From: Phoronis australis
Taxonomy: Eukaryota > Animalia > Phoronida
Assembly (NCBI GenBank): GCA_002633005.1
Contig: NMRA01000165.1
Coordinates: forward strand, 161,958 to 225,957
Length of the DNA stretch: 64,000 bases
Direction of reading: 5' to 3'
The translations under genes and the position numbers were made by a program. Below the pieces are notes generated by a model. The model was given only the letters and a program-made list of their open reading frames with translations, was not told where the DNA came from and did no database searches. Of the stretch, positions 25,101 to 37,100 are shown piece by piece. Position 1 is the first letter of the stretch, and each line of letters begins with the position of its first letter.

Positions 25101-28100
25101 GCATTTTTTAAAACGCAACTGTCTTCCACAATTAGTGCAAGATTCTAGTCAACTTACAGTCAGTCCGGTAAAAAAAGATTCAGTTCTTATTTTGAATGCC
25201 CTTCAGGTTTCTGTTTCACATTATACCACTTATTACACTAAGTCTGCTGGGCAAAACATTTTGGAAAAAAGCACACTTTTATATCCGTGTGTGCCCTAAG
25301 GGCACAGGTTAAACCTGGTCAGGAATATCCCTGCAAGAGATATAACATAGTTACAACAAGCAGCTTTATTTCGACACCACAAGTTTCATCCTCAGGCAAT
25401 AGGTAAAATGAATGCGATGGAAGTGAAATAAACAATGAAATAAATAGTGACAGGTAGAAGGACAAGCAACCAGAGAGCTTGAATGAGGCAGAAACAAAAA
25501 ATAAACCCGCCAATAGGGGGCATAACAACAATCAACATCAGTCATGCCGTGCTCACTAGAAACATATTATTTTTGTAAAATTTCAGTCACATACTTCACC
25601 AAACTTGGTACATACTGAAGCAGATGCATTCCACTAACGAAGTCACATGGTGACAAAACATTAATTTGTAAGATTTTTATTACTCACCAGTTGAATGTCA
25701 GCGGTTTTAATTTTGTATTAATTTCTAAACCTTACAACAACAAGAACACTGACCTCAAATGTTGGCTCTGCACTTGATGCACATCAATTTACATAACCCA
25801 CAGGCAGACTCAGAATGGTACCAAAGAAACAAAAATGTTGAATAAGTATACCATGACCACAACACAAAATTTGCGAATGACACCTACTTACCCGTTCCCT
25901 GACAATTTCCTTGGCCTTCTCTGGGTCCCACTCTTCACCTCTTCTATAGGCCAGTAATTCCTCATCTGACGGTGCAAATTCCTAGAAAAACAAAGCAAAT
26001 AAAATGTCTGGTCACAACTTGTGAACAATTGACATTTCTATCATACTTAAACATATGGCAAACGATTTTCTAAAATTAACACTGGAAATGTTTTTAGCCA
26101 CAACACTGCCAATGGCCATAGCAATGAAATCAAGATTCTTCCAGCCAAACAGTAAACTCACTAATTAACCTCATTCCACAGTATTTGGGAAAGACTCTGA
26201 ACAGTTTAATTTTTTATAGCAAAAAGAATGATTGATGTCAAATGTTAACCTGATAACAATGCTGGTGTATACCTTAAGCTAAAAACGGAATGGAAGGATA
26301 AACAAATAAAGAAAACCATTACAGCAAGACCACATTTCATTGCAGAGATTATTTTTGTCAGCAAAAAAATACAACAGCTAGGTAGAACTTTCAAATCCCA
26401 TAATCCAGACCAAGATAAGATGAAGTACCCTGACTTGCAGTTTAGTTTTAATGATACAGAATAACTGTCTTCTGAAATTACCTTTTTCCAGACCATGACA
26501 TATCTGTCTTGTTCATCAATACCAAATGAGAAGGAAGTAAGTCCAGCGACATCAACTACTTCATGTCTAGAAATAAACTAAAACTTTGCACACAACAACC
26601 AATGCCAACATACACTCAAAATACTACAGGAGGTAAACAGACGGAAGTTGGAACCGTTCAGCAAAAAATCTGATGGGCCCGACCATGTTCATCTGCATCA
26701 GGAGGTGAGCTAGCGCACAGGATATTGGGCCTGAGAGAGAAAATTGGTCATCACCGAGCACGCCTTGTTTCGCTTGACCAAAAAATGCCATCTGGATGAT
26801 CTTGGGGCCCGTTACAAGAAACTGATTATGTTCATTTTTGACATAATTAGTTTAAGATTTGTCTCAACTTCCAAACTTTGAAATTTCCACATTCGGTAAG
26901 TTAGTCAAACTTAAGACAAAAGTTAAGATCACTTTCTAGGAACAGACTTAAAACAAATTAAAGTTTCATCTTAAAATGGACTCAAATTTAAGATTTGTCT
27001 TGGCTAAGTAAGTTTTCTTGGAACAGGCCCCTAATGGACATTTCGCAAATTTAGTTGGTTTTTCAATTTAAGTATTTCATTTCGGCTCCAGCCAACCAAC
27101 CACGTTTGCTGACCTCAATTCAAGTTTGTTGACCTGGCAGTTGGGCGACTTGACGTTATGCTTAAGAGTTGAGCCCTGCAGTATAAAATATTGCCAATAT
27201 AATTAAGTGATGCTTCCATTATTGTGATCGTGTGACATAATGAAGATGTTCAATTATATGATGACAGTATTGTTAACATAATTTATGAGTCATTGTGTAA
27301 GCATTGTTAAGCACAGTGATACCATGCACGCACATATAAATAAATTTAATGAAGGTCCACCAAGTAAGGTTAAAAAAAAACCCGTCAAGCAACAAGAAAA
27401 TACAAGTCTTCAACCAGGCACAACACAAGCCAAAAGTAATTGAACAAAATTATCTGGAATTTCTTAGGATGGTGGCTGTGCATGAACAGAATTCAATTCT
27501 AGTATTTAGTGTGATGGCTCAGCGAGAACAGAATTCACCATCAAGTCATGATGAGTTGTTAACCATTATGATGGAAAATGGAATTTTATCTGATACTTTT
27601 CGGGAGTACTGTACTGAGTATATGAAAGTTAAGAGTTACTCAAGTTTCTTATACAATGCATTGTCATCTTTGCAACAGACTCTAAGACTGTCCTGTCAAA
27701 GATATGCTCTGGCAACCTGCCATCTTACTGGCCCATTTTCCGTGTCAAGCATCCATCCCGGGCTGTGGTGTGGACCTATGTGCCTGGTCATGCCAGCTTC
27801 CAAGTGAACAAAAGAGCAGATCACCTGACTGGAGGCATTTAATGACAACAGTCCTCTCAATCTGTATGTCTCCAACATCAAGCTTTTGTCTAGGGACTCT
27901 TCCACCATCAACATCAAACAGAGATTGTCTACCCATGGCCGTGGGACCTGCATCCAGAACTCTAGAATTTTATTGGCGACTTGTACCTCAAGCCAGTCCA
28001 GGGCCATACAGAGGCGACTGAAAAGCTAACGGACAACATCAGTATTGGAAGTTTGCGTCTCTTGCTGTCAAGATGGAAGTGTGGCAAGATGATATAGTGC

Positions 28101-31100
28101 CGCCACACATTGTGTATGACTTTGTCTGCCACAGGTAATTTTCAGGTAATTTACTTACACAATGGCTCTGTACACAGCATCCATGACGTCAAACTTATAA
28201 CTTTGTTGTGAAGCATCCTTCAAGAAGTCGTTTATTTGTTTCTGTATCTGCAAAAAAATGTATTACTTCTCAGTCGGGCTATACATAATTATATACCAAT
28301 GAACTAAATATACAATCATGGACATTTTTTTTTTGAAAATTCCTAGACTAGTTGGATTTACAAACCTTCTACGGGCACAGTGATTCAATATGCAACAAAC
28401 TGTACATGCATGATGAAATTTTGAACATTTACAGACATAAAACAAGATTATATAGCAATGATTTTGCCTTTTGACAAAAAGAAATTTTGAGCTTCCCCTT
28501 GGTTGAAAGTAAACAACTTCAAACAGTCAATTCAGAGTAATTTCGTTGCCCACTTATTAACTGGCTCTCTTTCCCAGTCAGACTATCTGCTCATTGGCTT
28601 CACACATTTTGTATCACAAACTACCTGTTGCCTAAACTTGGCTAGCTTCTCCTTTTCTTGAAGTCTTAATTTTTCAGCCCTCGCCTTTTCAGCTGCAACA
28701 AAGAGAGAAAGAAGATAATTAATGGACAACAAATAACTACGATAAAGGTCAGGCATTGCCATTTGTAGGTTTATCATTTTGAGAATCAGGCAATCAGTGA
28801 ATAAAACTCACATGGAAGACTGGTTTTGTTGGGCTTTATAAAGCTTTTGAACTGGCGCAACAAGCATTTGAGTCCAGAAAATGGTAAAAACTCCCTGAAA
28901 GCCAAACATATGAGAGGGCTGTCAAGCTACTGTCTGCAACAACAACAAAGAGTCAAAGAAGATAATGAACGGACAACAGACATCTACGATAAAGGGCAGG
29001 TATTGCAGGAGATAGGTTTCTTATTTTGAGAATCAGGCAATCAGTGAATAAAACGTACTGCCTGCAACAGTAGCAGTAAGGAGTGTACTAGTACTAGGCT
29101 CAACAGTAGCAGTAAGGAGTGTACTAGTACTAGGCTCTCTGCTAGCAGTATCTGTGGCTTCGTGGACAAAAGTTTATTTTAATAGCAAATTAGGCAAATT
29201 TTATTTTTTCAGCCCTGGCCGCAGCAAAGTGGTGATGGGCCAATCTAAGCATGTAATCACATGCTTAAAAATAATTGCACATATTGTGTTGCATGTACGC
29301 TACAGAATCCAACCCTGTAAATAACGGGTGACAGACATTTCTCGATATAGCAACAACTTGATGACATGTCCCCAGGTGGTGATCACGTAATTAGTTAGCC
29401 AGTCAGCTAGCTGTATAGAGACTAACATCAAAATACAACTAGGAACCACTGTGTTTATGCTCCAATAGACCTCAAAATTTCGCACCGCCCGGGTAGTTCT
29501 GCTCATCAATTCATCAACATGTGGAGCTAATGACCGGCAGGGGTGCATGCAAAATCTGAGAGTCAACTGACACTCCCCTTTAAATATGGTAGCCCAAAGA
29601 TGACATAGCGCGATTCTTTTTTAATTATCTCAGCATCTCCAGATAATTAAGTCGGGAACTTGAGATCATGAGATAATTAAGTCGGGAACTTGAGATCATG
29701 AGATAATTAAGTCGGGATCTCAAGATCCTGAGAAAATTAAAAAAGAATCGTGCGATGTCATCTTTGGGCCACCGTAAACCTTGCCCATTACAGCCATTTA
29801 AGAGAAAAACAATTTAATACATGTCATTTTCTTACATAATTCTCTGCCTTTTGTAACAAAGAAAAGTCTGCCATCATTTTGAAAACAGTCACATGCCCAT
29901 TTGCTAATTTTTTGAGACACCTCTCGTGAGATGATAACAGCTTTGCAGCAACAAAATTTTGCTGTGAAGTTCGGTTTGTAGAATTCAAATACTAAAAATT
30001 TTTAACGAAATGAAACCAGTTCCAATAATTTGATGACATGCACCCAACCTCGTGGAATAAGAACAGCTGATTGAAGAATTGGCGAAAAACTCAACTGGCC
30101 AATTGCTATAAACACTGTATTTCATGGCGCCGAAAGCTGACAAATAAGATTGCTCCATAACTTTAACATAACGGTATAATGTCTATTTTCTAAAACTGGT
30201 AAATAAGTAAGTGATATATGGCACGATATAGGGTAAAGTGAAAACGTTTAAAATGTGTCGGTTTTTGACGGTGAAATCGACACATTTCGTTTCTCAACTA
30301 AAACCCGCAAAAACTTGCTGATTAAATTACGATCACCGACTGGATCGTCACTTTCCGGCAGCGGGACAGCGGGCGCGAACTTCTCCCAGTGTGTCCTCCA
30401 CCAATCCGTGGGTAATGGATACGTGGGCACAGGGCAGCCGATCAGGCCTTATATGTGCACCACTTCAGATGCCATACTGGGAGACCACATAAAATATATA
30501 TGTCGGTCGGCACTTAGTCCGCGGCATCACGACTGCCAACGCAGGGACAGGCCGGCCTGCCAGCGCTCCACCCTCGGCACCGAAGACACCGCAAGCTGCC
30601 GGACTTGATCCCATGGACTGCCGTCTGGGGAGTTTTCACACTGAGATACCCGGAACAGGACTAGGGACTGTATCCCGGCCTGTCGATAAGACCCCACTGT
30701 ATGCTTACCTTGGTTATATTTTCAAAGCACCTTTGAGAAAGCGACACAAATAGCCAATAATCGACACATTTCGCGGGACTTAGGAAATTTTTCAAAGCAA
30801 CGTTTCTGAAACCGACACAAATGGCCAATAATCGACACATTTTCTAGGAACTTACAAAATTTTGCACATTTACGCAGGGGACATACCTGCCTGCAGCGCT
30901 TCGGCCTCGGCACCGCAGACTCCGCAAGCTGCCGGACTTGACCCCGTGGACTGCCGTCTGGGGAGTTTTCACACTGAGATACCCGGGACACGACTAGGGA
31001 CTGTATACCGGCCTGCCGATAGACCCCGCTGTATGCTTACCTTTGTTATATTTTCAAAGCACCTTTGAGAAAGCGAAACAAATGGCCAATAATCGACACA

Positions 31101-33897
31101 TTTCGTGGGACTCAGAAAATTTTGCACATTTACGCAGGGGACATACCTGAGCAGCCGCGCTCCAGCCTCAGCAGCGCGGACCCCGCAAGTGCCAGCTGGG
31201 GACTTTTCACAGATATTGCCGGGACACGAAAATGGACTGTATACCGGCCAGCCGCTTGATCCCGATACGTTTGCTTTTTGTAACATTTTCAAAGCACCTT
31301 TGAAAAAGCGACACAAATCGCCAATAATCGACACATTTTCTCGGGACTAAAAACAATTCACACATAAACGCAGGAACAGGCCTGCAGGGGGACTGCAGCG
31401 CCTCGACCTCGGCCGGCGCAGACCCGCAGGGTGACTTGACCGCGTGAACCGCCGTCTGGGGACTTTTCACAGATAGCCGGGACAAGACTAGGGACTGTAT
31501 CCCAGCCCGCCGCTCGACCCTCTATGTTTGTTTACTTTTGTTATATTTTCAAGGCTCCTTTGAGAAAGCGACACAAATGGCCAGTAAACGACACATTTTT
31601 TTTTTCAAAGCAAAATTTTCAAAACCGACACAAAGGGCTAATAATCGACACATTTCTAGGGACTTAAAAAATTTTTCAATGTGACGTTTCTGAGTCCCAT
31701 TTAGCGCCGAAAAAAACTAAGGTGGCCCTTGTACTAATCGACGCAAATGACAATGATCTTAGTTGTGACCCAAGACGTACAGTTTGCCACAGGAAACTTA
31801 CCTTTCGGTGAAGGGTGCAGATTTCTAATCACAGAATTTCAAAATTAAATCTATTAGAGACAACAAAGTTAAAATATTACGACATATATCTCGACCCTTC
31901 CCCTTGCATGTAATATCTTACTGTACGCTGTGCCACGATAGCCTAGCGTCACCGAAGTCAGAAGCGCGGTCTCAGTGGGGACCTCTTACTCAATCTAACA
32001 TCAAACATTTATTCACAAAGACATCGGGGTCTAATGAACAAATTAAAGTACAAGGTCCCTGCGTGCGGAGTCGGATGAATGGAGATTCGTCGGGCCCACG
32101 GGGACATACTGGCAGAATGCATGTACCAGAAAACTAATCTGCTTGTAGTTGCTCCGTGACAATTACGGGATTATGTCGAGGCGTAGGCCTAAGGCTGCGG
32201 CGATAAACAGAATGGCCCCAGTCCCAAGAAATGTGTATATTATTGGCCATTTGTGTCGGTTTCAAACATTGTGTTGAAATAATTTTAAGTCCTACGAAAT
32301 GTGTCGATTATTGGCCATTTGTGTCGCTTTCTCAAAGGTGTTTTGAAAATATATCAAAAAGCAAACTTATCGATTTCGATGGCCGGTATACAACCCCTTG
32401 TCGTGTCCCATGTACTCTGTGAAAATTCCCCAGACGGTGGTCCACGGGGTCAAGTCCGGCAGCGTGTGGGGTCTGTGGTGCCGAGGTTGGAGCGCGGCTG
32501 CTGGTCTGTCCCCTGCGTAAATGTGCGAAATTTTCTAAGTTCCGAGAAAATGTGTCGATTATTGGCCATTTGTGTCGGTTTCTCAAAGGTGCTTTGAAAA
32601 TATAACAAAGGTAAGCATAAGCGGGGTCTATCGGCAGGCCGGGATACAGTCCCTAGTCGTGTCCCGTGTACTCTGTGAAAACTCCCCAGACAGCGGTCCA
32701 CGGGAGAGTCAAGTCCGGCAGCTTGCGGGGTCTGTGGTGCCGAGGCCGGAGCGCGGCTGCTGGTCTGTCCCCTGCGTAAATGTGCGAAATTGTCTGTGTC
32801 GATTATTGGCCATTTGTGTCGCTTTCAGAAACGTTGGGTTGAAAAATTTTGCGAGTACAAAGAAATGTGTATATGACTATCGGCGCGGAATCACGGTAGC
32901 CGTCGGGTCAGAGCCTGGCCAGTGGAAGACAGGGGGCGCACGTCCGTACTGGCCAGTTGAAGACAGGGGGCGCACGGGTAAGTTCTCATTGGTGGAGCGG
33001 AGTCGGAACTGAGATTTGAGGTTTGCAGACTTTTGTTACTCCGGGCATGATTAGGAAGTTTTCCGCGGGTTTTGGTCGTGAAAGGAAATGTGTCGATTTC
33101 ACCCTCAATAATCGACACATTTTAAAATGCGCGTTTTCACTATACCCTATATCGTGCCACTGTTGATGTAAGTTTACTCAAGAGAGACTGTAATTTCTAA
33201 TGATTTTGCATCAAATTTTATTTGGATAGCTTTTACCCACATCAGCACAAAGCTGTATAACTCTGCACAAAGGATGTTTTGTAATTAGAAGACAGCATAC
33301 TGTGCTTGTATGGATCTAATGCCACGTGATATTTCCTAGTCTTTTCATGAATTATTTACCCTAAAATTACCAGTTGAGAGGAGGGATTTTCAAATGATTC
33401 CTGCAAAAAATGTCCAACTGAACGTCTCAAAATGTCAGTGAATGTAACGAATTGAGTTTCATTTATGTCAATTTAGCCTCAGGACTGTCTTGACTCTTGC
33501 AGTTGCACACCAGAAATAGAGATTGGGTCAAGCGAACGATGCTTTTGCATTCTCACAAAGCTTAATAGTTGTTGTACTTCACCACCGGCGCTTAAAAAAA
33601 GCTTTTACTTACTTACGAAAGAGTAAATACTAAAGAGTTGTGAGTAGATTAGAAATTAAGAAAATGTTCTGAGCGTGAGTGATGCTAATTGTCAGTCAAA
33701 TTAATGAGTGCTTCAGTTCAAGGCTTCAAAGTTTCTTCGATTTCCATAACGAAACGCCAATAGAAGATGACATTTGAAAGAAATTACAGTTTCAAATGTC
33801 TATGGATAATAAAAATACCTTTTGCTTTCTTCTTTTGATCATCATTCATGGAAGGAGGCTTTTCCATAGAACCTAAAATGGACCCGAGCAAATCCAT
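22102..33897 (-). CDS. SPAG7: Sperm-associated antigen 7 homolog (R3H-domain protein), 7 coding exons, 244 aa
   Basis: Exons 33819-33897, 28625-28692, 28159-28247, 26482-26566, 25892-25981, 24567-24720, 22102-22271. Peptides [74 protein letters not shown]. Confidence 0.93.
23267..24190 (+). mobile_element. Non-autonomous Helentron/HINE-like repeat family D with internal tandem subunits
   Basis: Starts ACAAGAGCAACGCG; repeated AAAATGGCCACTAG(A/G)TGG, ATGCCAATTTTCA and GGAGA(T/C)..CTATG blocks. Inverted relative at about 40183-40860 and a fragment at about 62357-62490. Superfamily assignment is inference. Confidence 0.55.
26804..27031. mobile_element. MITE family E (about 230 bp)
   Basis: TIRs GGGGCCCGTTACAAGAAACT ... 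AGTTTTCTTGGAACAGGCCCC; second copy at 58229-58470 in the opposite orientation. Confidence 0.7.
27660..27843 (+). mobile_element. Degenerate RNase H domain of a non-LTR retrotransposon
   Basis: Frame from 27660 reads [15 protein letters not shown]...[24 protein letters not shown], matching the RNase H pattern TDS...(W/Y)VPGH....N..AD.L. Confidence 0.6.
29585..29776. mobile_element. TA-ended MITE with about 50-bp TIRs and an internal 30-bp tandem repeat x3
   Basis: TATGGTAGCCCAAAGATGACAT..CGATTCTTTTTTAATT ... AATTAAAAAAGAATCG..ATGTCATCTTTGGGCCACCGTA; internal unit AGATAATTAAGTCGGGAACTTGAGATCATG. Confidence 0.75.
30219..33162. mobile_element. Non-autonomous foldback-type DNA transposon (about 2.9 kb) in SPAG7 intron 1
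   Basis: About 100-bp outer TIRs (TGGCACGATATAGGGTA ... TACCCTATATCGTGCCACTG). Internal arrays of 250-330-bp GC-rich units run forward on the left (about 30480-31680) and inverted on the right (about 32230-32870). Unique spacer at about 31690-32220; no transposase ORF. Confidence 0.85.
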
Positions 33898-34148
33898 GTT
33901 TTGCTTTTCTGCTTTAAAGAGGTCACACCAAAATGCACCAAAACATTTTAAAAACCTCAAATACAAATTCTATTTTTATATTAAAAATGTCCTCAAAATT
34001 ATCAATAAATTATGAAAATATTGATAAAAAAGTTGTGATTAATAGAAATTTGTTCAAAGTTTTTGTAAACTACGTGGGAATAAAATTGATTTTATAAAAC
34101 AAAACTGGTCTGTTTCTTCTGCCATCTAGCGAGCGCCAGTTTTTAAAA
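33898..34148. promoter_or_regulatory. Bidirectional promoter SPAG7/STRAP (251 bp between start codons)
   Basis: Divergent ATGs at 33897 (-) and 34149 (+); very AT-rich core; CTGCCATCTAGCG motif at about 34119-34131. Confidence 0.75.
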
Positions 34149-37100
34149 ATGTCTACTTTACGACAGACGCCTTTGACTTGCAGTGGACATACGAGACCTG
34201 TTGTTGACTTATATTTCAGCGAAATCACTGCAAATGGCTTCTTTTTGATCACTGCTTGTAAAGGTGAACCATTATGAATTGTATGGGTATTATAGAAATC
34301 GTACTATCATTTGTTGATTTGTTCACATGATTGAGGCTGATGTCTGCTCACTGGCACTGCTGATGACGTGATGCCGTGATGGAGACAGTGAGTCAGTAAA
34401 CCTACCGTGAATCTCTCTTTAGAATCAGACTCAGAGCTGATGTCTTGGCTAATGAGACTGAGTCGAGTGACGAAAATGCTTCTCATTTAGTCTTCACTGT
34501 TCAGCAGCTAGCATTTTAGTAGACAGTGACCACCGTCTCTATGTGGCTCAATAGTGAATAGAGACGGTGCAGCTCCTATACTAGGCGCTTCATACACAGG
34601 AAGCTTTTCGGTGAATTATGCCTCAGACTGATTAAAAAATCAAAGTCACATTGTTAAGTGCTTTTTGCACTTATAGAGACCCCTTAGGAGGTCATTGATG
34701 CCTTTAATTCCTTCCAACTCGAACATATATTTCCATAATCATACGTTTTCTTCGAGCGGTCCTTTGTTCAGTTCCCAAAATCAGAAACTAGCCATTTTTA
34801 ACACTGTGCGTGACAGGTGACATTATGTCATATCCCCTGGCGTGCGCAGTGTAAAAATGAACAGTTACTGATTTTGGGAACTGAACGAGGGACTGCTTGA
34901 AGAAAAATTTTGATAACGGGAGTACTTGTTCGAGTTGGAAGGAATTAAAGACATCGATGACCTCCTAAGGTGTCTCTCTATGTGCAAAAAGTACTTATAA
35001 CAACATGAATTTGATGTTTTAATCAGTGTGAGGAAAAATTTGCCGAAAAGCTTCCGGCGTATGAAGCGCCTACAGAAGCTACACCGTCTCTATTGAGCCA
35101 GATAGAGACGGTGGTCACTGTCTACTAAAATGCTACCATGCTGTCTGCAAAGCCGAAGGCATCTTTTTCACCGTATAGTTATCTTGTTCTCTTTATCCCA
35201 TATGGGAGCTTATTTCAATCTTTTAGAGCATACTGTAGTATACACCATAAGTAAAAGGGGAGTATTTCATTAGCCATTATGTAGCTACACAGAACCGCAG
35301 GATATCTGGAGAGGTTCACAATTTCGCCTCTTCGTGACACGCGTGATTACCTGCTGCTTGACCTACAATGTGACCCCAATCGAAGGTCAAGAAACAGCCA
35401 AGCACTGTGATCAACACACTTGCCATGTAGTTGTGAGATTTTGAACCTTGCAAGAATTTCCGCAGTTCGCAGTTGTAATCCTATATAATGGCATACGTAG
35501 TACTCTCTTCTTTGTCAGTCCTAAAAGAAAATAAGCTCCAATTGTTATGTTAAGACTCTTGCCACCCATAATGACCGGTGTAGCTTCAAAGCTGAAAATG
35601 ATGTTGAAGCATGGTCACTCATGACAATAAACTCATCACGACAATGATGTTATGTTTACCAGCTCAAACAGAGCTCAAGGTAGGCAGTGTCACCATCTGA
35701 ACTTGGCCAACAAAACGGAGTCAGCCGGTGGCCAGCTCATAAGGCTGCCGTACACCAGAAGCTTTTTGTCAAATTATGACTCATACTAGATAAACCATCA
35801 AAGTTATGTTATTAGTACGTGTCAAGCAAAGGATGTTTTGTAATTGTAACAGCTGCGAGTCTTGTACTTTAACTGCTTGGACTTACACAATTGCAAGGTA
35901 ATCCTTTCAGAATATTTCCCATATTCCGTGCACTATCTAAAGTGGCTTTGAATTTTTCAGATGGAAAGCCCATGTTGCGGCAGGGCGATACCGGAGACTG
36001 GATTGGTACATTTGAAGGTCATAAGGGGGCAGTATGGGGCGCATCATTAAATAAGGATGCCACGAAGGCCGCCACCGCAGCTGCAGATTTTTCGGCGTAA
36101 ATATTTTTTGTCAAGAAATCTCTTTGCGTTGTGATTAATATGCTGAAAATTGTTACATGTATGAAAGAATCAAGTGATCCTATTTAGAAAGTCTAAATTT
36201 TCACTTTTATTTAGTGATCACTTATATTTAGTAATAAAAGTTAGTTTATATCTCTTCAGAGCAAACATATTATAATAGAAAAACTAACGTGGAATTTTCC
36301 CGCTTGAATGTAACCATTATCGTTGCTGAAGTTTTCAAAATTTACATAATGACCTGATGACCTAAATAGAAGCTTGATTTATGTAGCTGCTTGCTGCTGC
36401 TTGTTGTCAGGGCTGTTTTTTATTATATAATCTTTTACAAATTGTGGAAAATAAGTGTATGGATTTTAATATTTTTTGACGTAGAGATTGGTGAATTACA
36501 ACTATTATTGTTGAGATCTTTTTGTTGAGCATTTAAAACTTTAAATTTACTAGATATAATGATCGAATAAACTGTGGTATTCTTTTTAAAGGAAATGACG
36601 ATTTAAAAGGCTTTAGGGTTTATGTAGACCAGAAGTCCTAAGAAATCCAATGTGAGTGGCTGGCTGTGAAAAATCACGTTTTTTTACTTTTTTCACTGTC
36701 AATCACATTCTTGGATTTCTTAGGACTTTAGTAGCCTAACAATCTGTTAAGTCATCAGTCTCTTGAGAAAAGAATGACTCAGTTTATTTGAAATATCAGG
36801 GCCATTTTGTCTTATAATTTGAATTTTTGCATGGTGTATCGAAAGATTTCATCACTATGACTTTTTTGTTTATCCTAAAATTGTCATTTAATAATCAAAA
36901 TTAATACATAGTCTTCATATTCTTCAGAAAACTTTGGGATGCTGTGACAGGTGATGATCTTCATACATTCTCACACAAACACATCGTTAAGACGGTGGAT
37001 TTTTCCTCAGATGGCAACCAACTTCTAACAGGAAGTAATGAGAAATTGCTAAGGATATTTGATCTGAACAAACCTGAACAAGGTATAACTTCTGAGCAAC

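Noticed and set aside
29066-29136. Short exact tandem duplications (also about 4003-4032, 17327-17355, 58929-58967)
   Set aside because: Two-copy slippage duplications in introns or UTRs with no further structure.
30248-33118. Cluster of 60-146 aa ORFs with repeated Cys-rich peptides
   Set aside because: They are translations of GC-rich foldback repeat units on both strands, with no transposase motifs.
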